A DNA stretch of 64,000 nt from Planctomycetota bacterium (GTDB lineage: Bacteria > Planctomycetota > B15-G4). A program made the position numbers and the translations under genes. Shown piece after piece: positions 20,228 to 29,813 of this stretch. The notes beneath the pieces were generated by a model that had not been told where the DNA came from, did no database searches, and saw only the letters and a list, made by a program, of their open reading frames with translations. The DNA lies in NCBI GenBank assembly GCA_038212275.1, contig JBBQUR010000014.1:73533-137532 (forward strand). The letters run 5' to 3'. Every line of letters starts with the position of its first letter. Position 1 is the stretch's first letter.

Positions 20228-21336
20228 CCCAGCGCGGCGGCGAGCGGCACGAGCTGCCGGTCGAAGGCCTTCGCCACGCCTTCGTGCGTGATGGCGCCGC
20301 CCATGACGTTGGCGCCGTGCGCCAGCGACGCATCCGAGTTGAGCGCCTTGCGCACGCCGTCGCGCGCGAGGATGCGGGCGTAGGGCAGCGTCACGTTCGT
20401 CAGCGCGAAGGTGGACGTCCGCGGCACGGCACCCGGCATGTTGGCCACCGCGTAGTGCAGGATGCCATCCACCATGTAGGTCGGGTCCAGGTGCGTGGTC
20501 GGGTGGATGGTCTCCACGCAACCGCCCTGGTCCACGGCCACGTCCACGATGACGGCGCCCGGCGGAAGCAGCGAGAGGTCCGCGCGCGTGATGAGCTTGG
20601 GGGCCTTGTAGCCCGTGATCAGCACGGCGCCGATGACCAGATCCGCAGACGGCAGTTCCTCCAGGATGGCCAGACGGCTGCTGTGCCGCGTGATCACATT
20701 GGCAGGCATGACGTCATCGAGGTAGCGCAGGCGATCCATGGACGTGTCCATGATGGTGACGCGCGCGCCGAGTCCCGCAGCCATCTTCGCCGCATTGATG
20801 CCGACGATGCCGCCGCCCAGGATGAGCACATTGCCCGGCTTGACGCCCGGCACGCCGCCGAGCAGCACGCCGCGACCACCCATCGGCTTCTCGAGGTACT
20901 TCGCGCCCTCCTGCACGGCCATGCGGCCCGCGACCTCGGACATGGGCGTGAGCAGCGGCAGCGTGCCGCCGACCTGCACGGTCTCGTACGCGATGCAGTG
21001 CGAACCCGACTTCAGCATGGCGTCGGTGAGCGTCTCGCTCGCGGCAAAATGGAAGTAGGTGAAGAGCACCTGGCCCTTCTTGATGCGCTTGTACTCGACC
21101 TCGATCGGCTCCTTGACCTTCACGATCATGTCCGCCTCGCCGTAAACGGCGTCGGCATCGGGCAGCAGCTTCGCGCCGGCCCGGACGTACTCGGCGTCGG
21201 GGATGCCGCTGCCGAGACCGGCGCCCATCTGGACGCAGACCTGATGCCCGTCGCGCACCAGGACATCGGCGCCTGCGGGGGTCATGCCCACGCGGTTCTC
21301 ACTGGGCTTGATCTCGGACGGGACCCCGATCTTCAT
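20224..21336 (-). CDS. ald: Alanine dehydrogenase
   Basis: MKIGVPSEIK, GGGIVGINAA NAD-binding, full-length 370 aa. Confidence 0.9.
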   Translation of the reverse strand: MKIGVPSEIKPSENRVGMTPAGADVLVRDGHQVCVQMGAGLGSGIPDAEYVRAGAKLLPDADAVYGEADMIVKVKEPIEVEYKRIKKGQVLFTYFHFAASETLTDAMLKSGSHCIAYETVQVGGTLPLLTPMSEVAGRMAVQEGAKYLEKPMGGRGVLLGGVPGVKPGNVLILGGGIVGINAAKMAAGLGARVTIMDTSMDRLRYLDDVMPANVITRHSSRLAILEELPSADLVIGAVLITGYKAPKLITRADLSLLPPGAVIVDVAVDQGGCVETIHPTTHLDPTYMVDGILHYAVANMPGAVPRTSTFALTNVTLPYARILARDGVRKALNSDASLAHGANVMGGAITHEGVAKAFDRQLVPLAAALG

Positions 21337-21559
21337 GGCGGCTTCCTTGGCGTGGCGGGCAGGGAGTGGACGGCCACGCTGCGCCGGGAGGGCGCCACGG
21401 GACCGGTGGACAAACGCCCGCAGAGTTTATGGAAGCGCCGGCACCGGCGACAAGCCGCCCGCGCGGAGCGCGGGCCGGCGCGACGAGCCTCCGCACCCTG
21501 AACGTCCTCCCCGCCGGCTCGTCGGGAGAGGGCTGCGCAGATCTCCCGCAGGCCACTCG

Positions 21560-21588
21560 TTGATCGCGCACGCCGATCCGCGTATGAC
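21560..21588 (+). promoter_or_regulatory. Sigma70-like promoter for tRNA-Val (TTGATC -17 bp- TATGAC)
   Basis: -35 TTGATC 21560..21565, 17-bp spacer, -10 TATGAC 21583..21588, about 30 nt upstream of tRNA 5' end. Confidence 0.4.
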
Positions 21589-21623
21589 ATGCGCCCTCGC
21601 GCCACGCGCGAACCCCATCCCGG

Positions 21624-21700
21624 GGGCGCATAGCTCAGTTGGTTAGAGCACCAGCTCGACAAGCTGGGGGTCGCAGGTTCGAATCCTGCTGCGCCCACCA
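21624..21700 (+). tRNA. tRNA-Val (anticodon GAC), CCA encoded, unusual C33
   Basis: GGGCGCA acceptor / TGCGCCC-A-CCA; D-arm GCTC AGTTGGTTA GAGC; anticodon stem CCAGC/GCTGG, loop TCGACAA; T-arm GCAGG TTCGAAT CCTGC. Confidence 0.85.
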
Positions 21701-21732
21701 TGCTGGGTGGCCCGCAGACCCGCGAGGATCGC

Positions 21733-22980
21733 ATGCCCGTAGACCTCTCGGTCGCCGTGCCGCTGGCGTGGGTCATCCCCTTCGTGCTTCTCCTGCTGGC
21801 GATCGCGGTCTTCCCGCTGTTCGCGCCGCATTTCTGGGAGCACAACAGGAACAAGGGCATCGTCGCGGCAGTCCTCGGACTGCCGGTGGCCCTCTGGGCC
21901 TGGCAGACCCAGCCGCACGCGCTGATGGAGACGGCGCACGACTACGGGGCGTTCATGCTCCTGCTCGGCTCGCTCTTCGTGGTCGCCGGCGGCCTGTATC
22001 TGGACGGCGACCTGCGTGCCACGCCCAAGGTGAACTGCGTGTTCATGCTGATCGGCGCCGTGCTGGCCAATTTCGTGGGCACCACCGGCGCCGCGATGCT
22101 GCTCATCCGGCCGCTGCTGCGCACCAACAGCGAGCGCAAACACGTACGGCACACGGTGATCTTCTTCATCTTCATCGTGTGCAACGTCGGCGGCTGCCTC
22201 ACGCCGCTGGGCGATCCCCCGCTCTTCGTCGGCTACCTGCGCGGCGTGCCCTTCCTGTGGACGTTGAGGCTGTGGCCCGAGTGGCTCGCGATGAATCTCG
22301 CGCTGCTGGCGATCTACTACGTCTGGGACTCGCGGGCCATCCGCAAGGAAACGGCCAAGGCGCTGAAGGCCGACATCACGAACTTCGTGCCGCTGAGCCT
22401 TCAGGGCAAGGTGAACCTGCTGCTCCTGGCCGGAATCGTCCCGGCCGTCGCGCTTGCTCCCATGGGCACGCGCGAAGCCATCATGGCCGGCATCGCGCTG
22501 CTGTCCCTGGCGCTCACGCCCAGGGGCGTGCGCGCGCGCAACAGCTTCGCCTGGGGCCCGATCATCGAGGTCGCGGTGCTCTTCGCGGGAATCTTCGTGA
22601 CGATGCTGCCGGCGCTCGAGTACCTGCGCGAGCACGGGCCGGAACTCGGCGTGAAGACTCCGCTGCATTTCTTCTGGATCACAGGCTCGTTGTCGAGCTT
22701 CCTCGACAACACGCCCACGTACCTCACGCTGCTCGCGCTGGCGCAGAGTCTCGACATGCCGCGCCAGGTGGCCGGCGTCAGTCACGAGATCCTCACCGCC
22801 ATTTCGCTCGGCGCCGTCTTCATGGGTGCGATGACGTACATCGGCAACGGCCCGAACTTCATGGTGAAGGCCATCGCCGACAGCAGCGGCGTGAAGATGC
22901 CTACCTTCTTCGGATTCCTGCTCTACAGCGTGGCGATCCTGCTGCCGCTCCTGGCCGTGCTGAGCCTGGTGACCTTCTAG
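21733..22980 (+). CDS. ArsB/NhaD-superfamily ion transporter (NhaD-type Na+/H+ antiporter-like)
   Basis: ~12 TM segments, duplicated permease halves; ATG at 21733, 33 nt after tRNA. Confidence 0.7.
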   Translation: MPVDLSVAVPLAWVIPFVLLLLAIAVFPLFAPHFWEHNRNKGIVAAVLGLPVALWAWQTQPHALMETAHDYGAFMLLLGSLFVVAGGLYLDGDLRATPKVNCVFMLIGAVLANFVGTTGAAMLLIRPLLRTNSERKHVRHTVIFFIFIVCNVGGCLTPLGDPPLFVGYLRGVPFLWTLRLWPEWLAMNLALLAIYYVWDSRAIRKETAKALKADITNFVPLSLQGKVNLLLLAGIVPAVALAPMGTREAIMAGIALLSLALTPRGVRARNSFAWGPIIEVAVLFAGIFVTMLPALEYLREHGPELGVKTPLHFFWITGSLSSFLDNTPTYLTLLALAQSLDMPRQVAGVSHEILTAISLGAVFMGAMTYIGNGPNFMVKAIADSSGVKMPTFFGFLLYSVAILLPLLAVLSLVTF

Positions 22981-23274
22981 CGGGCGGCCCGCGCCGGACA
23001 TGTCCGGCTCCGGTCAGGCCCGCTCCGGGCCGGTCCCGGGCGGCCCCGCGCGGCCGGTCGATCCAGCGAGAGGGCCATGTACGCGGCCGCAGACCCCTCC
23101 CCGCGCCTCCCGCCGGCCGGAAGCCGCCGCCATGCACCCCGCTGGTTTCGTGCCGCCACGGCTTCCCCCGCAGATCGCTTTCGTGCGGCGCCTCAAGCCA
23201 CGCGGAGCATGCAACCGATGAACACCTCCGATTCGAGCCTGGCCGCGGGTGGCCGGGGGGCAGCGAGGTAGTGC

Positions 23275-23790
23275 GTGGGCAACACGACAAGAAGCGAGAC
23301 CGGGCTGGCGGCTCTCGAGTTCGTCATCGTGGTGAGCGTGCTCGTGCTGCTCACGGGTGTGCTCGTGCCGTCCATCGACCGAGCCGTGCTCGAGAGTCAG
23401 CGCAAGGACGCAGCCGCCGCCATGTCGGGCCTCGCGGAAGGCATCCGGCAGTACCACCGAGACACCGGTGCCTGGCCGAGCGCGGGCACGCCCGAGACCG
23501 TCAAGGCGTCGTTTGAAGTGGCCGAAGCCTTCACCTGCCTGCGCGAGAACATCCACGGCCTCTCCGGCTGGAGCGGGCCGTACGTGGGCCCCACCGTCGC
23601 GGCCCTGCGCGACCCATGGGGTCAGCCCTTCGTGATCTACACGTTTGCTGCGGACTATCTGCACTCCGGCGGCGGCATCTGCATCGTCAGCGGCGGTCCC
23701 GACGGCAGCGTGCTGACGCATCGCGCCGCCATCCTCGTCGGCACCGCGACGCAGGACGACCTCGTCGCGGTCGTCACTCCCGGCCTCTGA
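23275..23790 (+). CDS. Prepilin-type (type IV pilin / T2SS pseudopilin-like) protein
   Basis: GTG start; leader ...SETG|LAALEFVIVVSVLVLL with Gly-1 and Glu+5, N-terminal hydrophobic helix. Confidence 0.65.
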   Translation: MGNTTRSETGLAALEFVIVVSVLVLLTGVLVPSIDRAVLESQRKDAAAAMSGLAEGIRQYHRDTGAWPSAGTPETVKASFEVAEAFTCLRENIHGLSGWSGPYVGPTVAALRDPWGQPFVIYTFAADYLHSGGGICIVSGGPDGSVLTHRAAILVGTATQDDLVAVVTPGL

Positions 23791-23900
23791 GGTCCCGGAT
23801 CCGCGGGCGCGATCCAGCCACTCGCCCAACGGCCCCCGGCCCGGCACAGTAGTGAGCCCGGACGTCCGTTCCGCTGCTCCTGTCGACCTCGAGGTGGCCC

Positions 23901-25247
23901 ATGCCTTTCGCGCTGCTCGCGTTGCTGCTCCTGATCTGCTGCCCCTCGGTCGTCGCGCAGGCGAGCGGCGGCCCGACGCCTGAACGACTGATCTCCGAGC
24001 GCACCACGCCGGTCGTGGTCGTGGTGCGCGACGTCGGCCCCTCGGTGGTCAACGTCTATCAGGAACTCGTGCAGGAAGTCGAGCGCCCCTATCCCTACAA
24101 CCTGCTGTACGGACCGCAGCGCTCCACGTACTCCAGTCTCGGGTCCGGCTTCGTCATCGATCGCGACGGCTACATCCTGACCAACGCGCACGTCATCCAG
24201 GGCGGCGACAAGGGCATCAAGATCAGCCTCTCCGACGGCACCACGTATCCGGCCGAACGCGTGGCCGTGGATCCCGACAGCGACGTGGCGCTGCTGCACA
24301 TCGTGCCCGATGCCGACCACCCGCTGCAGCCCGCGCCGATCGGCACGTCGTCGGATCTCATGGTCGGCGAGACCGTCATCGCGATCGGCAACCCGCTGGG
24401 CAAGGAGAACAGCGTCGCGACCGGCATCGTCAGCTCGCTCTTTCGCGACGTGCGCGTGCCGCTGTCGGCCCGTGGCGCGCGAGGCCAGCTCTCGCCGGCC
24501 TTCAAGGACTTCATCCAGATCGACGCACCCATCAATCCGGGCAACAGCGGCGGACCGCTGCTCAATATCCACGGCGAGGTCATCGGCATCAACTTCGCCA
24601 TCGCGAGCGACGCGCAGGGCATCGGCTTCGCGATCCCGATCGATCGCGTGCGCAGGAGCCTCATCGGCAATCTGCTCAACCCGCGCCTCAATCGCACCGT
24701 GGTGACGGGACTCGAGGTCGCCGGCGATCGCACCGGCAAGCACGTCACGCTCACGCAGGTCACGCCCGACGGCCCCGCCGCGAAGGCCGGCCTGCAGGTC
24801 GGCGATGAGCTGGTCGACGTGCTCGCGCAACCGATCACCTGGGAATTCGATTTCAGCAAGGCGCTGCTCGAGACGCGACCGGGCGACCGCATTCCCGTGA
24901 CCGTCCAGCGCGGCGAGCACACGATCCGCGCCAGCATCGAGCTGGCGCGCGACAACTCGCCGCTGCTCACCATCTGGCGCATGCTCGGGCTCGCGGTCGT
25001 CGACCACCCGAAGTTCAAGGGCGTGCTCGTGGAGCGCGTGGACCCCGCGGGCCCCGGCGCGCAGATCGGCATCCAGGCCGGCGACCTCATCGACGGACTC
25101 GGCGATCAGCTCGCGGACTCGGCCCTCGACCTCTACTCGGCCATCGCCGAGCAGGCGCCCGGCACCCTCGTCACCATTCATGTCTGGCGCGCCAACGTGG
25201 CCTCCGCAGGCCAGCTCCGGCTGGCGCCCGCCACGGACACGCGCTGA
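23901..25247 (+). CDS. htrA: Periplasmic serine endoprotease HtrA/DegP family with two PDZ domains
   Basis: Signal peptide; catalytic triad context TNAHV, D..ALL, GNSGGPL; two PDZ-like segments. Confidence 0.9.
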   Translation: MPFALLALLLLICCPSVVAQASGGPTPERLISERTTPVVVVVRDVGPSVVNVYQELVQEVERPYPYNLLYGPQRSTYSSLGSGFVIDRDGYILTNAHVIQGGDKGIKISLSDGTTYPAERVAVDPDSDVALLHIVPDADHPLQPAPIGTSSDLMVGETVIAIGNPLGKENSVATGIVSSLFRDVRVPLSARGARGQLSPAFKDFIQIDAPINPGNSGGPLLNIHGEVIGINFAIASDAQGIGFAIPIDRVRRSLIGNLLNPRLNRTVVTGLEVAGDRTGKHVTLTQVTPDGPAAKAGLQVGDELVDVLAQPITWEFDFSKALLETRPGDRIPVTVQRGEHTIRASIELARDNSPLLTIWRMLGLAVVDHPKFKGVLVERVDPAGPGAQIGIQAGDLIDGLGDQLADSALDLYSAIAEQAPGTLVTIHVWRANVASAGQLRLAPATDTR

Positions 25248-25407
25248 ACGGCGCCCTGCGCCATTCGTCGTCGCCTGTCCGGGAACGTGCGGCACGCGAA
25301 CTCGCCCGGGCGGAGGCCTGCCCGGGAGCGCGTGGCGCACGTTGGCCATCGTCGGGTCGCGGGGTATTCTGCGTCCGACCCAGTCACTTCCCGCGGGCGC
25401 CCCGTCG

Positions 25408-25560
25408 ATGAGTTCCTTCAAGCAGTTCCTGGCCGAGAACAAGCTCTGGTGGATCATCCCCATCGTGATCGTGCTGGGGCTCGTGGCGTGGATGCTGTTC
25501 GCCGACACGGACGCGGACAAGGCCGAAGCCGCCTCGCCCTTCATCTACGACTCGTACTGA
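25408..25560 (+). CDS. Small membrane protein (DUF5989-like, 50 aa)
   Basis: MSSFKQFLAENKLWWIIPIVIVLGLVAWMLF...SPFIYDSY matches the KKWWLLPIIIVLLLLG...APFIYTLF pattern of this family. Confidence 0.55.
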   Translation: MSSFKQFLAENKLWWIIPIVIVLGLVAWMLFADTDADKAEAASPFIYDSY

Positions 25561-25576
25561 GCGGCGGACGCCGCTG

Positions 25577-26278
25577 GTGTCGCCGCTGACCCCGGAGGAC
25601 GCGGCCACCCGGGCTTCCGTCGCACAGCGCATCGGGTGGCTCGGCGGCAGCTTCGACCCGGTGCACACCGGGCACCTTCACATCGCGCGACTCGCGGCCG
25701 ACGCCTTCGCCCTGCAGAGCGTGCTCTTCGTGCCGGCCAGCCGGCCGCCGCACAAGCAGGAGCTCCGGCTGGCCCCGGCCGCAGATCGTCTCGCGCTGCT
25801 GGCCATCGCCTGCAGGGTCGACAGCCGGTTCAGGCCGCTCGATCTCGAGTTGCGCCGCGACGGACTCTCGTACAGCTACGACACGGCGCGCGAGTTGCTC
25901 GGGCTGCTGCCTCCGGGGAGCCGGCTGTACGCCATCATCGGCGCGGACACGCTGGCGGACCTGGCCTCCTGGCATCGCATCCGGGAGCTGGCGGCTCTCG
26001 TCCAGTTCTGCCCCGTCACGCGGGCCGGCCAGTCGCTGCAGCAGCCGGCGCTCGCGCAGGTGCTTGGCCCCGATGCTGCGGCGGATGTGGCGCGCCACGC
26101 CCTGCCTGCACCGCCGCACCCGGCTTCCTCCACGACCATCCGCGAGGCCCTGGCGCGCGGCGAGCATCCCGCCTGGCTGCCGCCCGGTGTCGAGGAGGAG
26201 ATCCGGAGGCGTGGCCTTTACGGAGCCGGCGGCGCCTCGTCCAGCGACAGTTCGGGCGCGCTGCGCTCGAGGCCGTAG
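25577..26278 (+). CDS. nadD: Nicotinate-nucleotide adenylyltransferase
   Basis: GTG start; GGSFDPVHTGH (H/T-x-G-H) motif; C-terminal ~18-aa extension overlapping convergent OMP gene. Confidence 0.85.
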   Translation: MSPLTPEDAATRASVAQRIGWLGGSFDPVHTGHLHIARLAADAFALQSVLFVPASRPPHKQELRLAPAADRLALLAIACRVDSRFRPLDLELRRDGLSYSYDTARELLGLLPPGSRLYAIIGADTLADLASWHRIRELAALVQFCPVTRAGQSLQQPALAQVLGPDAAADVARHALPAPPHPASSTTIREALARGEHPAWLPPGVEEEIRRRGLYGAGGASSSDSSGALRSRP

Positions 26279-27735
26279 GCGTAGATCAGCCGGCCCTGCG
26301 CCGCCAGCAATCCGGCGCGCGCGACCTCGAGGTCGAGCTTGGCGCGCGTCTCGTTGTCGATGGCGGTCAGCAGATCGCGCTGCGTCTGGCGCACCTGGAA
26401 GGGCGTCGAGAGGTCGTTTTCCAGGCGCCGCTTCTCGCCCTCGTAGACCTCGCGATTCAGGCGCGTGGTCTCGGATGTGGCCGCGACGCGCTCGATCTGC
26501 AGCTGCACCTCGCGGCTTGCGTTGCGGACCTCGAAGACCGTCGTGAGCTCCGACTCGGCGAGGTCCACGCCGGCGCGCGCGCGCGCGATCTGCGCCTGAC
26601 GCAGCGCGTAACCTGCGGTGCGATTGCCGAGCGGCATCTCGAAGCCGACGGTGATGCGCTGCTCGTTGAAGGTCGTGTCGTCAAGCGCGGAGAAGGTGTC
26701 GCCGTAGCTCGCCTGGTTGGCGTTCAGGCCGTAGCTGCCCGTGAGGTCGAGGCGCGGGCGCGTCTGGTTCAGCGCACGGCGTTCCTCCACCTCCGAGCGC
26801 TGCAGGCGCTGCTGCGCCGAGGCCACGTCGGCGCGGTACTGCAGGGCGACGTCGAGCGCCGCGTCCTCGTCGATCTCCACCGCCTGCGCCGGCGCGGGCG
26901 CCGTGACGGGGCGCAGTTCGGCATGCCAGCTGTCGCGGTCCGCCGGCGCGAAGATCAGTCTGCGCAACTCGTCTTCCGCGGTCTGCGACTGGTTGCGCGC
27001 GGTCAGCAGCTCTTCCTGTCGCTGGGCGAGCTCGGCATCCACCTCGGTCACGTTGATGCGGTTCTGGAGACCCTGCTCGAACTTGCGCTTGGTGATGTCG
27101 CGCAGCTCGGTGGCCAGACTCACTGACTCGATGCGCGTCTTGAGGTTCTGCCGCGCGAAGACCAGGTTCCAGTAGGACACCGTGACCGTCTGGAGCGTGC
27201 TGGTCGCGATGGTCTCCGCGTTCAGCGCGGCGATCGTGGCGTCGGCCCTGGCCAGCTCGAGACCGCTGATCGGGTAGTCGTCCGCGCCGTTGCGCAACAG
27301 TGGTTGCGTGAGCGCAAGGCTCCACGCGCCGGTGAAGACCTCCGATTCGAAGTCAGTCGACGTGGTCTTGCTCGCGCGCGGTCCGCCGCTCAGTTCCCAC
27401 TGCGTGCCGGTGAGCCACTGCCCGCGAAACCCGGTCAGAAAGTTGAGCGAGTCCGTCTTGGTCGCGGCGCTGCCGCCGACGTCGACACCACCCACGAAGT
27501 TGGAAGGCGAAGGTGCGGTCGTGCGCCGGTCCACGGTGCCGTCCAAGAAGAAGGTCGTGTCGAAAGCTCCCCACGCGGAGTTGAAGTTGGCGATGGCGCC
27601 CTCGGCATCCAGGCGCGTGGCCTTCAGCGGCAGGTTGTTCACGAGCGCCAGGTGGATGCAGTCATCCAGCGTGAGGTCGATGGGCTGCGGATCGGTGCCG
27701 GCAACGAGCATCAGGAGCAACGGAGCGATGATCAT
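26218..27735 (-). CDS. TolC-family outer membrane efflux protein
   Basis: Signal peptide MIIAPLLLMLVAG; two OEP repeats with coiled-coil segments; ATGA overlap with upstream lipoprotein gene. Confidence 0.8.
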   Translation of the reverse strand: MIIAPLLLMLVAGTDPQPIDLTLDDCIHLALVNNLPLKATRLDAEGAIANFNSAWGAFDTTFFLDGTVDRRTTAPSPSNFVGGVDVGGSAATKTDSLNFLTGFRGQWLTGTQWELSGGPRASKTTSTDFESEVFTGAWSLALTQPLLRNGADDYPISGLELARADATIAALNAETIATSTLQTVTVSYWNLVFARQNLKTRIESVSLATELRDITKRKFEQGLQNRINVTEVDAELAQRQEELLTARNQSQTAEDELRRLIFAPADRDSWHAELRPVTAPAPAQAVEIDEDAALDVALQYRADVASAQQRLQRSEVEERRALNQTRPRLDLTGSYGLNANQASYGDTFSALDDTTFNEQRITVGFEMPLGNRTAGYALRQAQIARARAGVDLAESELTTVFEVRNASREVQLQIERVAATSETTRLNREVYEGEKRRLENDLSTPFQVRQTQRDLLTAIDNETRAKLDLEVARAGLLAAQGRLIYAYGLERSAPELSLDEAPPAP

Positions 27736-28439
27736 GGCCGGGATTGTCCCTTGTCGCGGCTGCTGGCCGCACGATCGGCCCGGGACGTTAGCAAAGTTGC
27801 CACGTTCTCGACACCTGCAGCGATCTCCTTGCGCAGGCAGATGCGACCCGCGGCGCGCAGCCTCTGCGTCCGGCCCGGCGTGAAGCAATCGGGGACCTCG
27901 TTCGCCATCCAGCGCAACTCGTCCAGCGCCTGCGTCGAGGTCCACTCGTCGGCCGATTGCAGCAGCGAGAGCAGCATGGTCAGCGTGGCGTCGATGCGCT
28001 CTTCGGTGTCGCGGATCTCCATCAGCCAGACATTGCGACGCGCGTAGGAAAGCTTGGCGGCGTAGTGCGGGTCGCGCGACGAGACGCGCTCCACGACCTC
28101 GTAGCGGCCGGCGCTGCGATAGGGCCTCAGGAAGAGGAGATCCTCATCGCCGAACTGGAATTCCTGACTCACGCTGAAGACGGACACGTCGTCGTCCGCG
28201 TGCACCGTGCTGCCGACCATGCGTTCCAGCACGCGGACGTGCAGCAGGGACGAGCCGAGGCCGGCGTCGCGCACCGAGATCGTCCGCCCGACTACCACCA
28301 GCGGGCAGCGCGCGAGCATCTCGATGCCGAGCCGCGTGGGCGGCACGGCGGTCTGCCGTGCCGATTGCAGTGGCGCGGCGGCCGCGCTTCCCGCCATGCA
28401 GGCGACGAGCAGCAGCAGCAAGCAGGGCAGGCGTCGCAT
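27732..28439 (-). CDS. Hypothetical exported protein/lipoprotein
   Basis: Signal peptide MRRLPCLLLLLVACMAGSAAAAP; TGATG overlap with tsaE stop and ATGA with OMP start. Confidence 0.5.
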   Translation of the reverse strand: MRRLPCLLLLLVACMAGSAAAAPLQSARQTAVPPTRLGIEMLARCPLVVVGRTISVRDAGLGSSLLHVRVLERMVGSTVHADDDVSVFSVSQEFQFGDEDLLFLRPYRSAGRYEVVERVSSRDPHYAAKLSYARRNVWLMEIRDTEERIDATLTMLLSLLQSADEWTSTQALDELRWMANEVPDCFTPGRTQRLRAAGRICLRKEIAAGVENVATLLTSRADRAASSRDKGQSRP

Positions 28440-28948
28440 CAGAGGGCTTCCCCGTCGGGTGGCGCGCCGCGGCGCCAGTGCGCCCGCCGCGCGGTCTCGT
28501 GAGGCCCGGCGCCCTCGGGCAGCGTGAGCTCCAGCCACAGCGTGTCGGCGGGCAGTGCTCCGCTGACGCGGTCGGCCCACTCCACCACCGCGATGGCGCC
28601 CTGCCGGCGCACGTCGGGCAGCCCGGCGCGCTGCAGGTCGTCCGCATCGCCCAGGAAGTAGGCGTCGAAGTGTGCGAGCGTCACCCGGCCGCCGAGATAG
28701 ACGTTCAGCCCGAGATAGCTGGGCGAGCACACGCCGGCTTCGGCCGGAACGCCGAGCGCCGCAGCCAGCCCGCGCGTGAACTCGGTCTTCCCGGCGCCGA
28801 GGTCGCCGACGAGTGCGAGCACGTCGCCGGCGACGAGTCGCCGCGCGAGGTCGGCGGCCAGCGCATGCGTCGCCGCCGTGTCGGGCAGGAGGCGTGTGCC
28901 GGAGAGTCCGGCAGGCGCAGCCGTCGTCGCGTCGAGCTCAGAACTCAT
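28439..28948 (-). CDS. tsaE: tRNA threonylcarbamoyladenosine biosynthesis ATPase TsaE
   Basis: GDLGAGKTEFTRG P-loop, HFDAYRL-like motif; start MSSELDA at complement 28948. Confidence 0.8.
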   Translation of the reverse strand: MSSELDATTAAPAGLSGTRLLPDTAATHALAADLARRLVAGDVLALVGDLGAGKTEFTRGLAAALGVPAEAGVCSPSYLGLNVYLGGRVTLAHFDAYFLGDADDLQRAGLPDVRRQGAIAVVEWADRVSGALPADTLWLELTLPEGAGPHETARRAHWRRGAPPDGEAL

Positions 28949-29813
28949 GTTCGAATCCGCCGGCTGGCCAGGGACTCTGCACGCCGTCGCGCAGCAGCCA
29001 CAGGGACAGAGCTTGCGTGAGCGTGCCGATCTCGCAAAGTCCCGCGGGGGATGAAATTCCGGAGGGCAGCGCGAGCAGCAATTCGAAGTCCTCGCCATCG
29101 CCCAGCGCCGCCTTCAGGCGGTCCCCGTCGGCGGGCACGTCGGCATGGATGGGGATGGCTGCGGCCTCCACCACGGCGCCGCAGCCGCTTGCAGCGCAGA
29201 GCTGGCGCAGATTGCGGGACAGCCCGTCCGAGAGATCGAGGCAGGCATGCACCGGCACGCCGGACGCGCGCAACTCCGCGACGACGTCGGTGCGCGGCTG
29301 CACCGCGAGATGCCGCCCGAGCCCCGCGCCGCCCAGCGGCCCGCTGACCCAGAGCCTGTCGCCGGGCCGACCGCCCGAGCGCAGCCAGGGCGGCCCGCCG
29401 TGACAGCGCCCCCGGGCGGCGACGGCAAAGGCCAGGCAGCCTGGCGGGCTGCGCTTGGTGTCGCCGCCGGCGATCACGACGCCGAAACGCTCGGCCCAGC
29501 GGACGAGTGCGGCGGCCAGAGCGCGGCCGTCGCTGCCCGGCGGCAGCAGCGCGCCGACGTGCACCGTCTCCGGCAACGCCCCCATCGCGCAGAGGTCCGA
29601 CAGGGGCCGCCCGAGCGCCTTGCGCACGACAAGGTCGGGGTCGGTGCCCGCAAGGAAGTGGCTGCCTTCGACGGTCGCGTCGAGACACAGCACGGTGCCG
29701 TCCGCGAACACGGCCGCGTCGTCGCCGGGGCCGACGCGCACGTCGCCCGTCGGCCCGCCCCTGCCTGCGGTGAGCCATGCGATGAACTCGCTCTCGCGGA
29801 AGGGCCGGCTCAT
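28938..29813 (-). CDS. thiL: Thiamine-monophosphate kinase
   Basis: AIR-synthase-related fold, GDDAAVF, start MSRPFRESEFIAWL; ATGA overlap with thiE stop; upstream in-frame Arg-rich stretch of track ORF 28938..30461 is wrong-frame thiE. Confidence 0.8.
   Translation of the reverse strand: MSRPFRESEFIAWLTAGRGGPTGDVRVGPGDDAAVFADGTVLCLDATVEGSHFLAGTDPDLVVRKALGRPLSDLCAMGALPETVHVGALLPPGSDGRALAAALVRWAERFGVVIAGGDTKRSPPGCLAFAVAARGRCHGGPPWLRSGGRPGDRLWVSGPLGGAGLGRHLAVQPRTDVVAELRASGVPVHACLDLSDGLSRNLRQLCAASGCGAVVEAAAIPIHADVPADGDRLKAALGDGEDFELLLALPSGISSPAGLCEIGTLTQALSLWLLRDGVQSPWPAGGFEHEF

Noticed and set aside
21337-21733. Looked for an integrase, att duplication or island boundary at tRNA-Val
   Set aside because: No integrase/recombinase gene and no obvious repeat of the tRNA 3' end in the flanking sequence. 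The downstream genes are ordinary chromosome content.
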